Virus record (IMG/VR): IMGVR_UViG_3300015203_000001
Location: 1-64,000 of that record
Direction: 5' to 3' (one strand)
DNA length: 64,000 nt
DNA from: a virus
The translations under genes were made by a program, and so were the position numbers. Below are positions 22,582 through 31,582 of this stretch, in pieces (position 1 is the stretch's first letter; each line of letters opens with the position of its first letter). The notes under the pieces were generated by a model, which was not told the origin of the DNA, searched no databases, and was given only the letters and a program-made list of their open reading frames with translations.

Positions 22582-22944
22582 ATGAATATACAAGACTGTC
22601 AAAATAGAGTAAGTTTATGGCTGAATTATTGTTTTGGTAGAGAAATAGCACAAGATAAGACAGAAAGGAATCATAGATTTTTAGAAGAATCACTAGAATT
22701 GACTCAATCTCTTGGATGTACTAAATCTGAAGCACATCAATTAGTAGACTATGTATTTGATAGACCAATAGGAGAACCTATACAAGAATTAGGAGGTACT
22801 TTAATTACATTATTAGCATTATGTTATCCTAATGGACTTAATGCTAATGAAGCATTTAAAAGAGAATTAAAAAGAGTATGGAAAAAGGCAGATGCCATAA
22901 GAGAAAAGCATAATAATAAACCTAAACATTCTCCACTACCATGA
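22582..22944 (+). CDS. MazG-like all-alpha NTP pyrophosphohydrolase (candidate)
   Basis: 120 aa; RFLEESLELTQS...EAHQLVDYVFDRPIGEPIQELGGTLITLLAL fits the EExxE...E..D pattern of the MazG/DUF550 type. Confidence 0.5.
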   Translation: MNIQDCQNRVSLWLNYCFGREIAQDKTERNHRFLEESLELTQSLGCTKSEAHQLVDYVFDRPIGEPIQELGGTLITLLALCYPNGLNANEAFKRELKRVWKKADAIREKHNNKPKHSPLP

Positions 22945-24254
22945 CAAAAGAGATATTATTAGAGACATTAGACAGATTATTAGGAGATCATTCTTTATTA
23001 TTAGCTCATATAGATAACATACATAATGTAAGAAGCCATTTAAGAGATTTACTAACACCAGAAGAAGATTTAGCTATTACTAATAGAATTAAAGATAAAT
23101 TTCAGAAAGAAGCTAATAAAGCTATAGATGATAATAAAGGGAATGGGTTAATAGTAGCTGGAACTGGAAGTGGTAAGAGTAAGATAGCTATAAAAAGAAT
23201 AACTGATGTATTAAATAATAATACTAAAATTCTATTAGTAGTACCAACAGAGAAATTAAGAGATAAAGGATGGAAGGATGAATTTGAGAAATGGGGGGCA
23301 GGTTATAATAATATTACAGCTATTTGTTATGCTTCTCTCCATACTCTTATTGATACTCAATGGAATATAGTAATAATGGATGAAGCACACAACTTGAGTG
23401 AAGCAAATTCAAAATTTTTTGAACTTAATTCAATTAAATCTGTAATTGGTTTAACTGCAACTGAACCTAGAGACAGGCAAAAGATAAAAATCTTAGAATC
23501 AATTGGTTGTAAGAAGATTTATGAGCTAACTTTAGATCAATCTATCAAATTAGGCATAGTTGCACCCTATGATATTACTGTAGTTACTTTGAGTTTAGAT
23601 AATAAGGATAGATATATTAAAGCTGGAAGTAAAGCTAAACCATTTATGACTACTGAATTTGGACAATATGCTTATCTAACTAGATTAGATTTAAATAATC
23701 CTACTAAGTGGACTAAGTTGAATAGATATAAATTTTTCTGTAATTGTAAGACTAAAACTGAAGCTGCTATTAAAATACTACAATATATAATACCAGAAGA
23801 TAAGAGAACTTTAATATTTTGTGGCTCAAAAGATCAAGCTAATAGGCTTAATCCTTATAGATTTTATAGTAAGCCTAAGAAGAAAGATAACCCTAATTAT
23901 GAAAAGCAGATAGCAGAATATCAGGGAGATAGTAGTCTTAATCTATTTTTAGAAGGAAAAATTAATAGGTTATCATGTGTAAATGCACTCAATGAGGGTC
24001 ATAACTTAGGTACTGATCTTGATTGTGCATTTATGCCTCAAATTGATTCAAATCCATTATCCCTAATACAACGTGCAGGAAGAATTTTGCGCTGGAGGCA
24101 AGGACATACTGGTAAGATTATTATATTAACAGTTAAAGATACAGTAGATTTAGAGTGGACTAATAAAGTATTGAGAGGACTTAATTCAGCTAAAGTAAGT
24201 GTAGTTGATATAGAAAAATTAAGATCAGGAGAAGAAATAATTAAATTTAATTAA
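22941..24254 (+). CDS. SF2 DNA helicase (DEAH/SNF2-like)
   Basis: 437 aa: AGTGSGKS, IVIMDEAHN, GLTATEPR, QRAGRILR. Confidence 0.8.
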   Translation: MTKEILLETLDRLLGDHSLLLAHIDNIHNVRSHLRDLLTPEEDLAITNRIKDKFQKEANKAIDDNKGNGLIVAGTGSGKSKIAIKRITDVLNNNTKILLVVPTEKLRDKGWKDEFEKWGAGYNNITAICYASLHTLIDTQWNIVIMDEAHNLSEANSKFFELNSIKSVIGLTATEPRDRQKIKILESIGCKKIYELTLDQSIKLGIVAPYDITVVTLSLDNKDRYIKAGSKAKPFMTTEFGQYAYLTRLDLNNPTKWTKLNRYKFFCNCKTKTEAAIKILQYIIPEDKRTLIFCGSKDQANRLNPYRFYSKPKKKDNPNYEKQIAEYQGDSSLNLFLEGKINRLSCVNALNEGHNLGTDLDCAFMPQIDSNPLSLIQRAGRILRWRQGHTGKIIILTVKDTVDLEWTNKVLRGLNSAKVSVVDIEKLRSGEEIIKFN

Positions 24255-24255
24255 T

Positions 24256-24471
24256 ATGGATACTATAGATTTATTAAATATTGAAGAAGAATTGATAAGA
24301 TTTGGTAGGAGATTAAAGAACGCTATTGATAAGGCTAAGAATACTACTGGAATACAACTTAAAGATGGAACTTTACTTGGAGTAGGAGATATTACTGGTA
24401 GTAAGGAAAGTGCAGCTTTAAAAAGATCAGCTTTAGATTTAAAAAAATTATTAACTGAAAAACTTAAATAA
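24256..24471 (+). CDS. hypothetical protein (71 aa)
   Basis: ORF track; 1-nt spacing. Confidence 0.55.
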   Translation: MDTIDLLNIEEELIRFGRRLKNAIDKAKNTTGIQLKDGTLLGVGDITGSKESAALKRSALDLKKLLTEKLK

Positions 24472-24477
24472 TTAGAT

Positions 24478-24630
24478 ATGGAAATAACAATAATATTAGT
24501 AGGGTTAGGGATTGTATTAGGATTAATTAATATTGGGGGAGCAATTAGAGAGCAAACTCAATATATGAAAGATGAAGATAGGAGATATGAAGAAGGAGAT
24601 GATAATGATGGAATTGAACAGAATAATTAA
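24478..24630 (+). CDS. 50-aa membrane peptide with acidic tail
   Basis: Hand translation MEITIILVGLGIVLGLINIGGAIREQTQYMKDEDRRYEEGDDNDGIEQNN; fills an otherwise empty gap. Confidence 0.4.
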   Translation: MEITIILVGLGIVLGLINIGGAIREQTQYMKDEDRRYEEGDDNDGIEQNN

Positions 24631-24643
24631 TAAATAAATTTAT

Positions 24644-24898
24644 ATGCTAAGAGAAAATCTAAAAAGAGCTAATGAATTGAGTAAGGAGATAGAACAGCAT
24701 GAGAGTAGAATAAAGAATTGGGAGAATAGTAAATCATTTACAGGAAGTAGAGGTTTATATGCAGTAGGAAATCTCTTAAATCAACAGTTTTTTGTTGAAA
24801 TAGATAGTAATCTATTTGATTCAATTAAATTATCAAGTATAGCATCTTTCAGAATAAAGCTACAAGAATTAGAAGATGAACTACTAAAACTAGAATAA
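24644..24898 (+). CDS. hypothetical coiled-coil protein (84 aa)
   Basis: ORF track. Confidence 0.55.
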   Translation: MLRENLKRANELSKEIEQHESRIKNWENSKSFTGSRGLYAVGNLLNQQFFVEIDSNLFDSIKLSSIASFRIKLQELEDELLKLE

Positions 24899-25411
24899 AT
24901 GGAAATAAACAAAGAGATAGTACAAATATTAAAGGATAATAAAATAGACAAAGATGCAGGTGTATTAGTATTATTAGGTATATATTTTAAGTTAGATGTA
25001 GATACTGTATGTCCTGAAGAAGTGGTTAAAGCAGTTAATATTACTAAGATAGTAGAGAAGGATTATAAAGTAGGAGTTATTAAATGGAATATACCATTAT
25101 TTGTAGGGCAGGAAGTTAATTGGAGTTGGGTTAAAGAGTGGAATGATAATTATGCTAAGACAAATCCTAGTAGGAAGGGAGCACTATCAGATGTTACTAA
25201 GAGGATGCAAGAATTTTTTGGAAAATATCCACAGTATAGGAAAGATGATGTATATAAAGCTACAAGTATGTATATGCAAATCACTCAATCTGAATATTTA
25301 AAGAGTAGTGAAAGATTTATATTTGATGGAGCTGGAGCCATGAAGAAGTCTATCTTATTAAGCTGGTGTGAGAAATTAAAAGATAAACCAAAAAGTGAGG
25401 ATGTAATATGA
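24899..25411 (+). CDS. hypothetical protein (170 aa), upstream partner of the DnaB-like helicase
   Basis: ORF track; ATGA overlap with the helicase start. A loader or organiser role is a guess from position only. Confidence 0.6.
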   Translation: MEINKEIVQILKDNKIDKDAGVLVLLGIYFKLDVDTVCPEEVVKAVNITKIVEKDYKVGVIKWNIPLFVGQEVNWSWVKEWNDNYAKTNPSRKGALSDVTKRMQEFFGKYPQYRKDDVYKATSMYMQITQSEYLKSSERFIFDGAGAMKKSILLSWCEKLKDKPKSEDVI

Positions 25412-26583
25412 AATTCAATAGTATATATAGTGAACTGTCTCAAAATAAGGATAATCATAATAATGGATACTTTAATTGTATCCCATTTGTGGGGATGAAT
25501 AGATTAGAGAGTTACTTACCGGGGATAGAACAAAGTATATACTATTTAATTACAGCTAACTCTGGTATAGGTAAGTCAAAATTGACTAGATACTTATTTA
25601 TACATAATCCATACCAGTTTCTTAAAGATTACCCTAATAGTGGTATAGAGCTATCTATTAAATATTTTTCTTTAGAGGAGAGTAAGAAGAAGGTAATATA
25701 CTCTGAAATCTGTAAATATCTATTTGCAAAGCATAATCTAATAGTTTCTATAAAACAATTACAATCCATAGGAAGATTAAATACTATATCAAGTGATATA
25801 CTGTTAAAAGTTAAGGAGGCAGAAGAATATATAAATGAATTTTTAGAGACAGTTGAGATAATAGATAATATTAGGAATCCTACAGGTATATATAAGTATG
25901 TTAGAGATTATGCACTTACAGTGGGTACTTATTATGACAAAGATGGAATTGCACTTACAAAAGAAGAGATAGTAAGAATTACTAAGGGAGAAGGAGATGC
26001 CTATAAGAGAGTATCATATTATAAGAAGAATAATCCTAAGCACTATATTATTATAGTTTTAGATCATTTAGGGCTACTAAATACTGAAGCTGGATTAACA
26101 CAATGGCAAACTATATCTAAATATTCATCTGAATATTGTTTATATATGAGAGATAAGTTTGGATTTATACCAGTTAATGTACAACAGCAAGCATCAGCTA
26201 AAGAACAAATAGAGTATAATTTTAAAGGTAGATCAATAGAAGAAAAATTAGAGCCTAGTTTAGATGGATTAGGGGATAATAAAACTACTCAAAGAGATGC
26301 TAATGTGGTATTAGGATTATTTGCACCTGATAGATATAGTATTACTAATCATAATGAGTATGATATAACCTTTTTTAGAGATATGTACAGAAGTATGAGT
26401 ATATTGAAGGACAGAGATGGAATATCAAATAAGAAATTACCCTTGTTTTTTAATGGAGCTATAGATTACTTTAAAGAATTACCTAAATCAGATGATAAGG
26501 AGGGGATGAAGAAGGTAGTTAGTTATATTAGTAATATAAGAGTAATTGAACAACCTACTTATGGGTATGAGGATGATTGTTAA
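25408..26583 (+). CDS. DnaB-like (SF4/RecA-fold) replicative helicase
   Basis: 391 aa: TANSGIGKSK (Walker A), YIIIVLDHLGLL (Walker B), QQQASAKEQ, ILKDRDG. Ends in YGYEDDC. Confidence 0.7.
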   Translation: MKFNSIYSELSQNKDNHNNGYFNCIPFVGMNRLESYLPGIEQSIYYLITANSGIGKSKLTRYLFIHNPYQFLKDYPNSGIELSIKYFSLEESKKKVIYSEICKYLFAKHNLIVSIKQLQSIGRLNTISSDILLKVKEAEEYINEFLETVEIIDNIRNPTGIYKYVRDYALTVGTYYDKDGIALTKEEIVRITKGEGDAYKRVSYYKKNNPKHYIIIVLDHLGLLNTEAGLTQWQTISKYSSEYCLYMRDKFGFIPVNVQQQASAKEQIEYNFKGRSIEEKLEPSLDGLGDNKTTQRDANVVLGLFAPDRYSITNHNEYDITFFRDMYRSMSILKDRDGISNKKLPLFFNGAIDYFKELPKSDDKEGMKKVVSYISNIRVIEQPTYGYEDDC

Positions 26584-26606
26584 TACACCAATTTAAAATT
26601 TAAAAT

Positions 26607-27350
26607 ATGTCAAGAATATTATGTTTAGCTCCAAGTGGATTTGGAAAAACTACAGGAGTAGGTAAGATAAATATACCAGAGAAAGGTATTAACTTTGAGG
26701 GATTAAGTACAGATAATAGTTATATACTATCAGTTACAACTAAGCCTTTACCTTATGAGAATAGTTCTAATATATGGCCTATAACTACTCTAAATAAGAT
26801 AAAAGAGGGTAGGAGAATAATCACTAAAACTCCTACTGATGTAGTAAATACACTAGTAGTATTATTAGCAGCACCAATTAGAAATATAGTGTTAGATGAT
26901 TTTAATTATCTAATGCAAGATTGGTATATGGCTAATGCACTTAGGACAGGATGGGATGCACCTAAGACTATAGGTTATAATATGGGTAAAGTATTTGATA
27001 TGATAGAGAAGTTTGAGGGTACTAGTAAGAATATTATAGTATTAGCACATGGAGAAGAACAAAAGAAGCCAGATGGGAGGATATACCTAAAGTTAAAGAC
27101 TACAGGTAAGATGGTAGATGAATATGTAACACCAGAGGGTAAGTTTGATGTAACACTTGTAGGAGAAAGTAGATATGATACAGGATTAAAAAGAGTAGTT
27201 AAGGAATATATAACTAATGAAAATGAGTTTTATTCCTCACCCAAAAGTCCATTAGGAATGTTTAAAGACCTAACAATTACTAATGATCTTGGGTTCATAG
27301 TCAAAACTGTGGATAAATATTATGGGTATATAGATAAAAATAAACCATAA
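26607..27350 (+). CDS. Sak4-like / AAA_24 RecA-fold ATPase
   Basis: 247 aa: LAPSGFGKTT, IVLDDFNY, VLAHGEE; followed by the SSB candidate, as in Sak4-SSB modules. Confidence 0.55.
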   Translation: MSRILCLAPSGFGKTTGVGKINIPEKGINFEGLSTDNSYILSVTTKPLPYENSSNIWPITTLNKIKEGRRIITKTPTDVVNTLVVLLAAPIRNIVLDDFNYLMQDWYMANALRTGWDAPKTIGYNMGKVFDMIEKFEGTSKNIIVLAHGEEQKKPDGRIYLKLKTTGKMVDEYVTPEGKFDVTLVGESRYDTGLKRVVKEYITNENEFYSSPKSPLGMFKDLTITNDLGFIVKTVDKYYGYIDKNKP

Positions 27351-27354
27351 AATA

Positions 27355-27386
27355 TTTGGTAGTAAGAAAAGTTGTATGTATATTTG
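27355..27386 (+). promoter_or_regulatory. Bacteroidota-type sigma-A promoter (TTTG-N20-TAtaTTTG)
   Basis: TTTG at 27355-27358, 20 nt, then TATATTTG at 27379-27386; 51 nt before the ATG at 27438. Confidence 0.6.
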
Positions 27387-27437
27387 TCATGGAATAACAT
27401 TCAATTATTAATAACAATTAAAATTAAAACTTAAAAC

Positions 27438-27728
27438 ATGAGTGCAGAAGCAAAACAAAAGATCACAGTTGACATCAAAGATGTTAAAGCTAAATTGAAA
27501 GAGGGTATAAGCAGGGAAGCAATTTTTAAACATTATGGGCTTAATAAGTCTGAAGGGAAAAAATTGTTTATGGATTCCCGTTTAAAGGGTTTAAAGACCT
27601 TTAAAGAAAGAGGTAAGAAAGAAGTGCCATTTGAGATAGTGGACAGTACTGCTGATGGTGAAGTTAAAGATAGTGAAGCAACTAAAGTTGCAGAACCAGT
27701 AGCAGCAGGGGTATCAGATAATTGGTAA
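27438..27728 (+). CDS. hypothetical protein (96 aa), acidic tail ending in Trp
   Basis: ORF track; ends ...EPVAAGVSDNW. Confidence 0.6.
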   Translation: MSAEAKQKITVDIKDVKAKLKEGISREAIFKHYGLNKSEGKKLFMDSRLKGLKTFKERGKKEVPFEIVDSTADGEVKDSEATKVAEPVAAGVSDNW

Positions 27729-27763
27729 AATTCTATTTCTTAATTTAAAACACACACAGAATT

Positions 27764-28585
27764 ATGGCAGATGAAAATGTAGCTAGTTATGGCTACGAAG
27801 ATGATGAGGTCAAGGTTAGTCTATTTAACTTTGGCCTCAATGCAGGTAAAACATACCTGAAAGAATTTAAGTATACACCAAATGGAGGTAAAGATGGAGC
27901 TGAACAGGATGCACTTGAGATTATTTTTACTATTAATGGACAGGATAAAGGTTATAGGCAATTTCCTGTAACTAAAGCATTTCTGAAGGATAATAAGGGA
28001 GAAACTACAGACCCTACTACACCTGAATTTAAAGCAGCAGTTACAAGTGCAGGTGCAATTATTACTCATATAGTATCTTGTTTTCTAGATAGAGAGACTT
28101 ATAAGTCAGCTACTAGTAAGAGGTTTGTAAATTGGAAGGATTTTATAGATACTGTAACTAATTTACTACCTAAGAACTTCAGTTCTATCCCATTAGATAT
28201 TTTTATGCAATGGCAGTATCAGATTAGTCCGGGGCAGAATAGGACATATCTAGATATACCTAAGAATATGAAAGGTGGGTATTGGTTGAGTAAAGCTCAA
28301 GAAGGAGATTGGAAGGAAGTATTAGTAAGTAAGACTCCTAAAGATAATGATGAAGATGTATTTTTCTATTATGATGCTTCTAAGGGTAAAAAAGATGAGA
28401 GTAAGGGAGATGTGGCATCTAATTTTGTTAGTGTACATCCATTTACTAGGAGAGGCTATTTTGTAAATAGTAAGAATTTTACTCAACAAGTAGAAGCAGG
28501 TTCTACATCTGAAGGTAATATTCCACCAAGTAATGGAACTACAGATGGAGCACCAGTAGAGAATAAACCAGCAGCAGTTTGGTAA
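27764..28585 (+). CDS. single-stranded DNA-binding protein (candidate)
   Basis: 273 aa. Called from its position after the Sak4-like ATPase and before the primase, a strong leader and terminator, a flexible Gly/Pro/acidic C-terminal region ending in ...AAVW, and YGYEDD at the N-terminus. No OB-fold motif recognised by eye. Confidence 0.35.
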   Translation: MADENVASYGYEDDEVKVSLFNFGLNAGKTYLKEFKYTPNGGKDGAEQDALEIIFTINGQDKGYRQFPVTKAFLKDNKGETTDPTTPEFKAAVTSAGAIITHIVSCFLDRETYKSATSKRFVNWKDFIDTVTNLLPKNFSSIPLDIFMQWQYQISPGQNRTYLDIPKNMKGGYWLSKAQEGDWKEVLVSKTPKDNDEDVFFYYDASKGKKDESKGDVASNFVSVHPFTRRGYFVNSKNFTQQVEAGSTSEGNIPPSNGTTDGAPVENKPAAVW

Positions 28586-28642
28586 TATAGGTCAGATCGG
28601 GCTTTTTCATGGATTTATCATTTGGATAAAAGGGGGAGATTA

Positions 28643-28676
28643 GGAGAGATACTTAATTCTCTCCCTTTTTTATTTT
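28643..28676 (+). terminator. intrinsic terminator
   Basis: GGAGAGA-tacttaat-TCTCTCC followed by CTTTTTTATTTT. Confidence 0.6.
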
Positions 28677-28686
28677 AACTAAAATT

Positions 28687-29694
28687 ATGTATGGACTATA
28701 TGAGTATACAAACATAACACCTGAACAATTACTACAAAAGATAACAAGAGAACAGATATTTGAATTTGTACTTAATCAGAAAATAGATTTAAATAGAAGA
28801 TATAGATCACCATTTAGAGAAGATAAAAATGCAGGGTGCTTCTTTTCATTAGTTAGTGGAGCATTAGTATTTGTAGACTATGCAGATAGAGAAAATAAGA
28901 AGAGAAGATCATGTTTTGGAATGGTAATGGATTTATATAAAGTAGATTTAGGTGGTGCATTAAATATGATATGTGACCATTTTGGATTATCTAAAAACAA
29001 TATAGATTATGAGAGGACAAAAGAAACTTACACTAAAACAACAGAAGAGTCTGATGTATTGGATACTATTATCACCTATGATAAGAAAGAATATACCAAA
29101 AAAGACAAACTCCACTGGTCACAATGGCTAATTATAATAGATCAATTAGAGGAAGATAATGTATTCTCTACTAATAGATTTAAGATTATTAAACCTTCAG
29201 GCACTAAGATAATAACTCCATATAGCTACTGTTATACTATAGATTTCATACATCATGTTAAGATACTCCAACCCTATAGTCAATATAAGTGGATTACTAA
29301 TTGTGATGAAGATGATATAGGTAATATAGATAACCTACCACCTACAGGAGAATACCTAATTATACAGAAGTCATATAAGGATTGTAGAGTATTAAGGAAT
29401 AATGAGTATTTGAATACAATATGGTTTATGAATGAAGGAGTAATACCATCAGAGTATATACTGAAGAATTTACTATCAAGATTTAAGAGAGTTATAATAT
29501 TCTATGATAATGATATACATGGTATTAGGTCAGCTTATAGACTATACTTAATTCTCAAAGCACTCTCAAACCCTTTTAATACTATAGAGATTAAGTATTT
29601 ACCTATTAGTTATAGTAGTAAAGATGTAGGAGAATATATTAATAGGAGAGGTAGGATAGAATTATTAAAAATTTTAAATAAAATGAAGATATGA
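28687..29694 (+). CDS. DnaG-like primase (Toprim) with degenerate zinc-binding region
   Basis: 335 aa. SPFREDKNAGCFF...RRSCFGMV aligns to the CPFH..E.TPS...CFGCG primase zinc-finger strings but keeps only one of the four ligand residues. Toprim-like IIFYDNDIHG. Confidence 0.55.
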   Translation: MYGLYEYTNITPEQLLQKITREQIFEFVLNQKIDLNRRYRSPFREDKNAGCFFSLVSGALVFVDYADRENKKRRSCFGMVMDLYKVDLGGALNMICDHFGLSKNNIDYERTKETYTKTTEESDVLDTIITYDKKEYTKKDKLHWSQWLIIIDQLEEDNVFSTNRFKIIKPSGTKIITPYSYCYTIDFIHHVKILQPYSQYKWITNCDEDDIGNIDNLPPTGEYLIIQKSYKDCRVLRNNEYLNTIWFMNEGVIPSEYILKNLLSRFKRVIIFYDNDIHGIRSAYRLYLILKALSNPFNTIEIKYLPISYSSKDVGEYINRRGRIELLKILNKMKI

Positions 29695-29852
29695 CAGACA
29701 AAGAATTAGATAATATGATAGAAGAAATAGAATTTGCTAAAGATGTATGTCCTCAACTTAATCCATATTGGTGTATATCATTAGATGTATTAAACACTAT
29801 ATTATCTAAATATATACCAAATTATTTTACTAAATTTAAAGAAGAAGTATGA
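29691..29852 (+). CDS. hypothetical protein (53 aa)
   Basis: Hand translation MTDKELDNMIEEIEFAKDVCPQLNPYWCISLDVLNTILSKYIPNYFTKFKEEV; ATGA overlaps at both ends. Confidence 0.45.
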   Translation: MTDKELDNMIEEIEFAKDVCPQLNPYWCISLDVLNTILSKYIPNYFTKFKEEV

Positions 29853-30040
29853 CTAAAGAAGAAAGAGAAAGATTAATAATATTATCCCAAGATGTTATCT
29901 TGCATACTGAAAATGATATAAAAGAATTTGAAGGTAAACCTTTTAATGGTAGAACAGTAGCAGAACTATTTGGCAATATATCAGCAGGTATTTGTGCATT
30001 AACAACAGTATTAATTAAAATTTTGGAGGATGAAACATAA
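29849..30040 (+). CDS. hypothetical protein (63 aa)
   Basis: ORF track. Confidence 0.55.
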   Translation: MTKEERERLIILSQDVILHTENDIKEFEGKPFNGRTVAELFGNISAGICALTTVLIKILEDET

Positions 30041-30188
30041 AATAGTTAGAGTAATACTTCAAGTAAGAGAAGATTATACTATAGAAGATATAAAAAGATT
30101 AGTAGAATTTGGTATTAGTGGTGAGAATATTAAGCTAATAACAATTAAACAGATAAAGAATGAATCAGATACCACCACAAATACATGA
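30030..30188 (+). CDS. hypothetical protein (52 aa)
   Basis: Hand translation MKHKIVRVILQVREDYTIEDIKRLVEFGISGENIKLITIKQIKNESDTTTNT; GGAGG abuts the ATG; overlaps the UDG start by 29 nt. Confidence 0.35.
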   Translation: MKHKIVRVILQVREDYTIEDIKRLVEFGISGENIKLITIKQIKNESDTTTNT

Positions 30189-30921
30189 ATCTTGGAATAA
30201 ATATTTACAGCCATTATTTGATAATCCTAAGATGCAAATGATTAAAGAGACTATTAAGGGAGGTTATTATCCTAGTGTAGAGAATGTGTTTAGAGTATTT
30301 AGTATGCCAATTGGAGATATTAAGGTTGTAATATGTGGGATGGACCCATACCCTAATGGAGAGGGAATTGGATTAGCATTTGCAGTTAATATGGGCACTA
30401 AAATTCCACCATCTTTGAAAATAATAAAGGAAGAAGTTAATAGGACAGAGAGTAGAATGAGTTTCTTTATGAGAAATACAGTAGATGAAAATTTTCATAT
30501 TAATAGAGAGAATCAAGATCAATGGAGAACATTACAACACTGGGTAGATCAAGGAGTATTTCTATTAAATACAGCATTAACTGTAGAACCTAAAAATTCA
30601 GGTAGTCATATAGGATATTGGTTATGGTTTACTAGAGTTGTAATAGAGACTATTAGTATAGTAGCTAAACCTGTATGGTTATTATGGGGTAATAAGGCTC
30701 AATCATTTAAGAGTAATATACATAATTTTATTGAATTTAAAGGTAATATTACTAAAGATATTATTGGAGATAGTGTAAGTAATCAAACAAATTATATACT
30801 AACAGCACCACATCCAGCAGCAGAGAAGTATAGTAATAAAGATAAATTTACAGGCTCAAATCATTTTAATCTATGTAATGAGATATTAAAATTGAAAGGA
30901 GAAAAATTAATAAATTGGTAG
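30160..30921 (+). CDS. ung: uracil-DNA glycosylase (family 1)
   Basis: 253 aa: VVICGMDPYPNG (GQDPYH motif), GVFLLNTALTVE (LLLNTVLTV), SHIGYW, TAPHPAAE (HPSPLS). Confidence 0.8.
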   Translation: MNQIPPQIHESWNKYLQPLFDNPKMQMIKETIKGGYYPSVENVFRVFSMPIGDIKVVICGMDPYPNGEGIGLAFAVNMGTKIPPSLKIIKEEVNRTESRMSFFMRNTVDENFHINRENQDQWRTLQHWVDQGVFLLNTALTVEPKNSGSHIGYWLWFTRVVIETISIVAKPVWLLWGNKAQSFKSNIHNFIEFKGNITKDIIGDSVSNQTNYILTAPHPAAEKYSNKDKFTGSNHFNLCNEILKLKGEKLINW

Positions 30922-30924
30922 ATT

Positions 30925-31200
30925 ATGAAGAAAAAATATCAAATATGGATAGGACAATACAATTTAGGACAAGGATATGGAGATCAACTTAAAGAACCTT
31001 TCTTAGCAGGTACTATTGAAGCATACACTTTTAAAATTGCTTGCTGTATACATGAACATGAACAGGCCCTAAAATTTCTTAGAGATAAGATGGTAGAAGA
31101 TATACATTTTGGAGTTTGGTATTATAATCCTAATACAAACAGTAACAGTTGGACTGGTAAATATTTTGAAACTAGAGAGGAAGCACTAAAAACATTTTAG
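30925..31200 (+). CDS. hypothetical protein (91 aa)
   Basis: ORF track. Confidence 0.6.
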   Translation: MKKKYQIWIGQYNLGQGYGDQLKEPFLAGTIEAYTFKIACCIHEHEQALKFLRDKMVEDIHFGVWYYNPNTNSNSWTGKYFETREEALKTF

Positions 31201-31202
31201 AT

Positions 31203-31382
31203 ATGGAAGATAAATTTTTAAATTATTTAGATTCTATAATAGAATGGAGTGAAAGTGATATATTTATAGGTACCACTCCTGAAGAACAAATGCAAATTAA
31301 AGTACTAAAGCAAGTTAGAGAGAAGTATTTAAAAATTAGATCAGAGAATATAAATACTGCTTTTGAAAAATTAAAGAAATAA
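31203..31382 (+). CDS. hypothetical protein (59 aa)
   Basis: Hand translation MEDKFLNYLDSIIEWSESDIFIGTTPEEQMQIKVLKQVREKYLKIRSENINTAFEKLKK. Co-directional and fills the gap; preferred over the antisense track ORF 31223-31444. Confidence 0.5.
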   Translation: MEDKFLNYLDSIIEWSESDIFIGTTPEEQMQIKVLKQVREKYLKIRSENINTAFEKLKK

Positions 31383-31384
31383 AT

Positions 31385-31579
31385 ATGATAGTAAATATTG
31401 AAATAGAATGTGAAACTATTGATGAATTTGGTACACATCTTCATGTTATATTAACTACTTTAAACAAAAAAGCAAAAAGAGCAAAATTAAACTTTTATCA
31501 AGATGAAATACCAATAAGTATGGATTTAAATGATGATAATTGCTATGGTTCACATACAGTAACTATAAAATCAGAATAA
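31385..31579 (+). CDS. hypothetical protein (64 aa)
   Basis: ORF track; 2-3 nt spacing on both sides. Confidence 0.55.
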   Translation: MIVNIEIECETIDEFGTHLHVILTTLNKKAKRAKLNFYQDEIPISMDLNDDNCYGSHTVTIKSE

Positions 31580-31582
31580 AAT

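Noticed and set aside
27821-28069. 82-aa minus-strand ORF
   Set aside because: It is antisense inside the SSB-candidate gene, and its Cys/Phe/Ser-rich translation is implausible.
28586-28640. Possible host-type promoter upstream of the primase gene
   Set aside because: The only TTTG-containing strings do not give TAnnTTTG with a TTTG 19-21 nt upstream. The region is better explained as the terminator of the preceding gene.
31223-31444. 73-aa minus-strand ORF
   Set aside because: The same DNA is covered by two co-directional + strand ORFs (31203-31382 and 31385-31579) with 2-3 nt spacing to neighbours.
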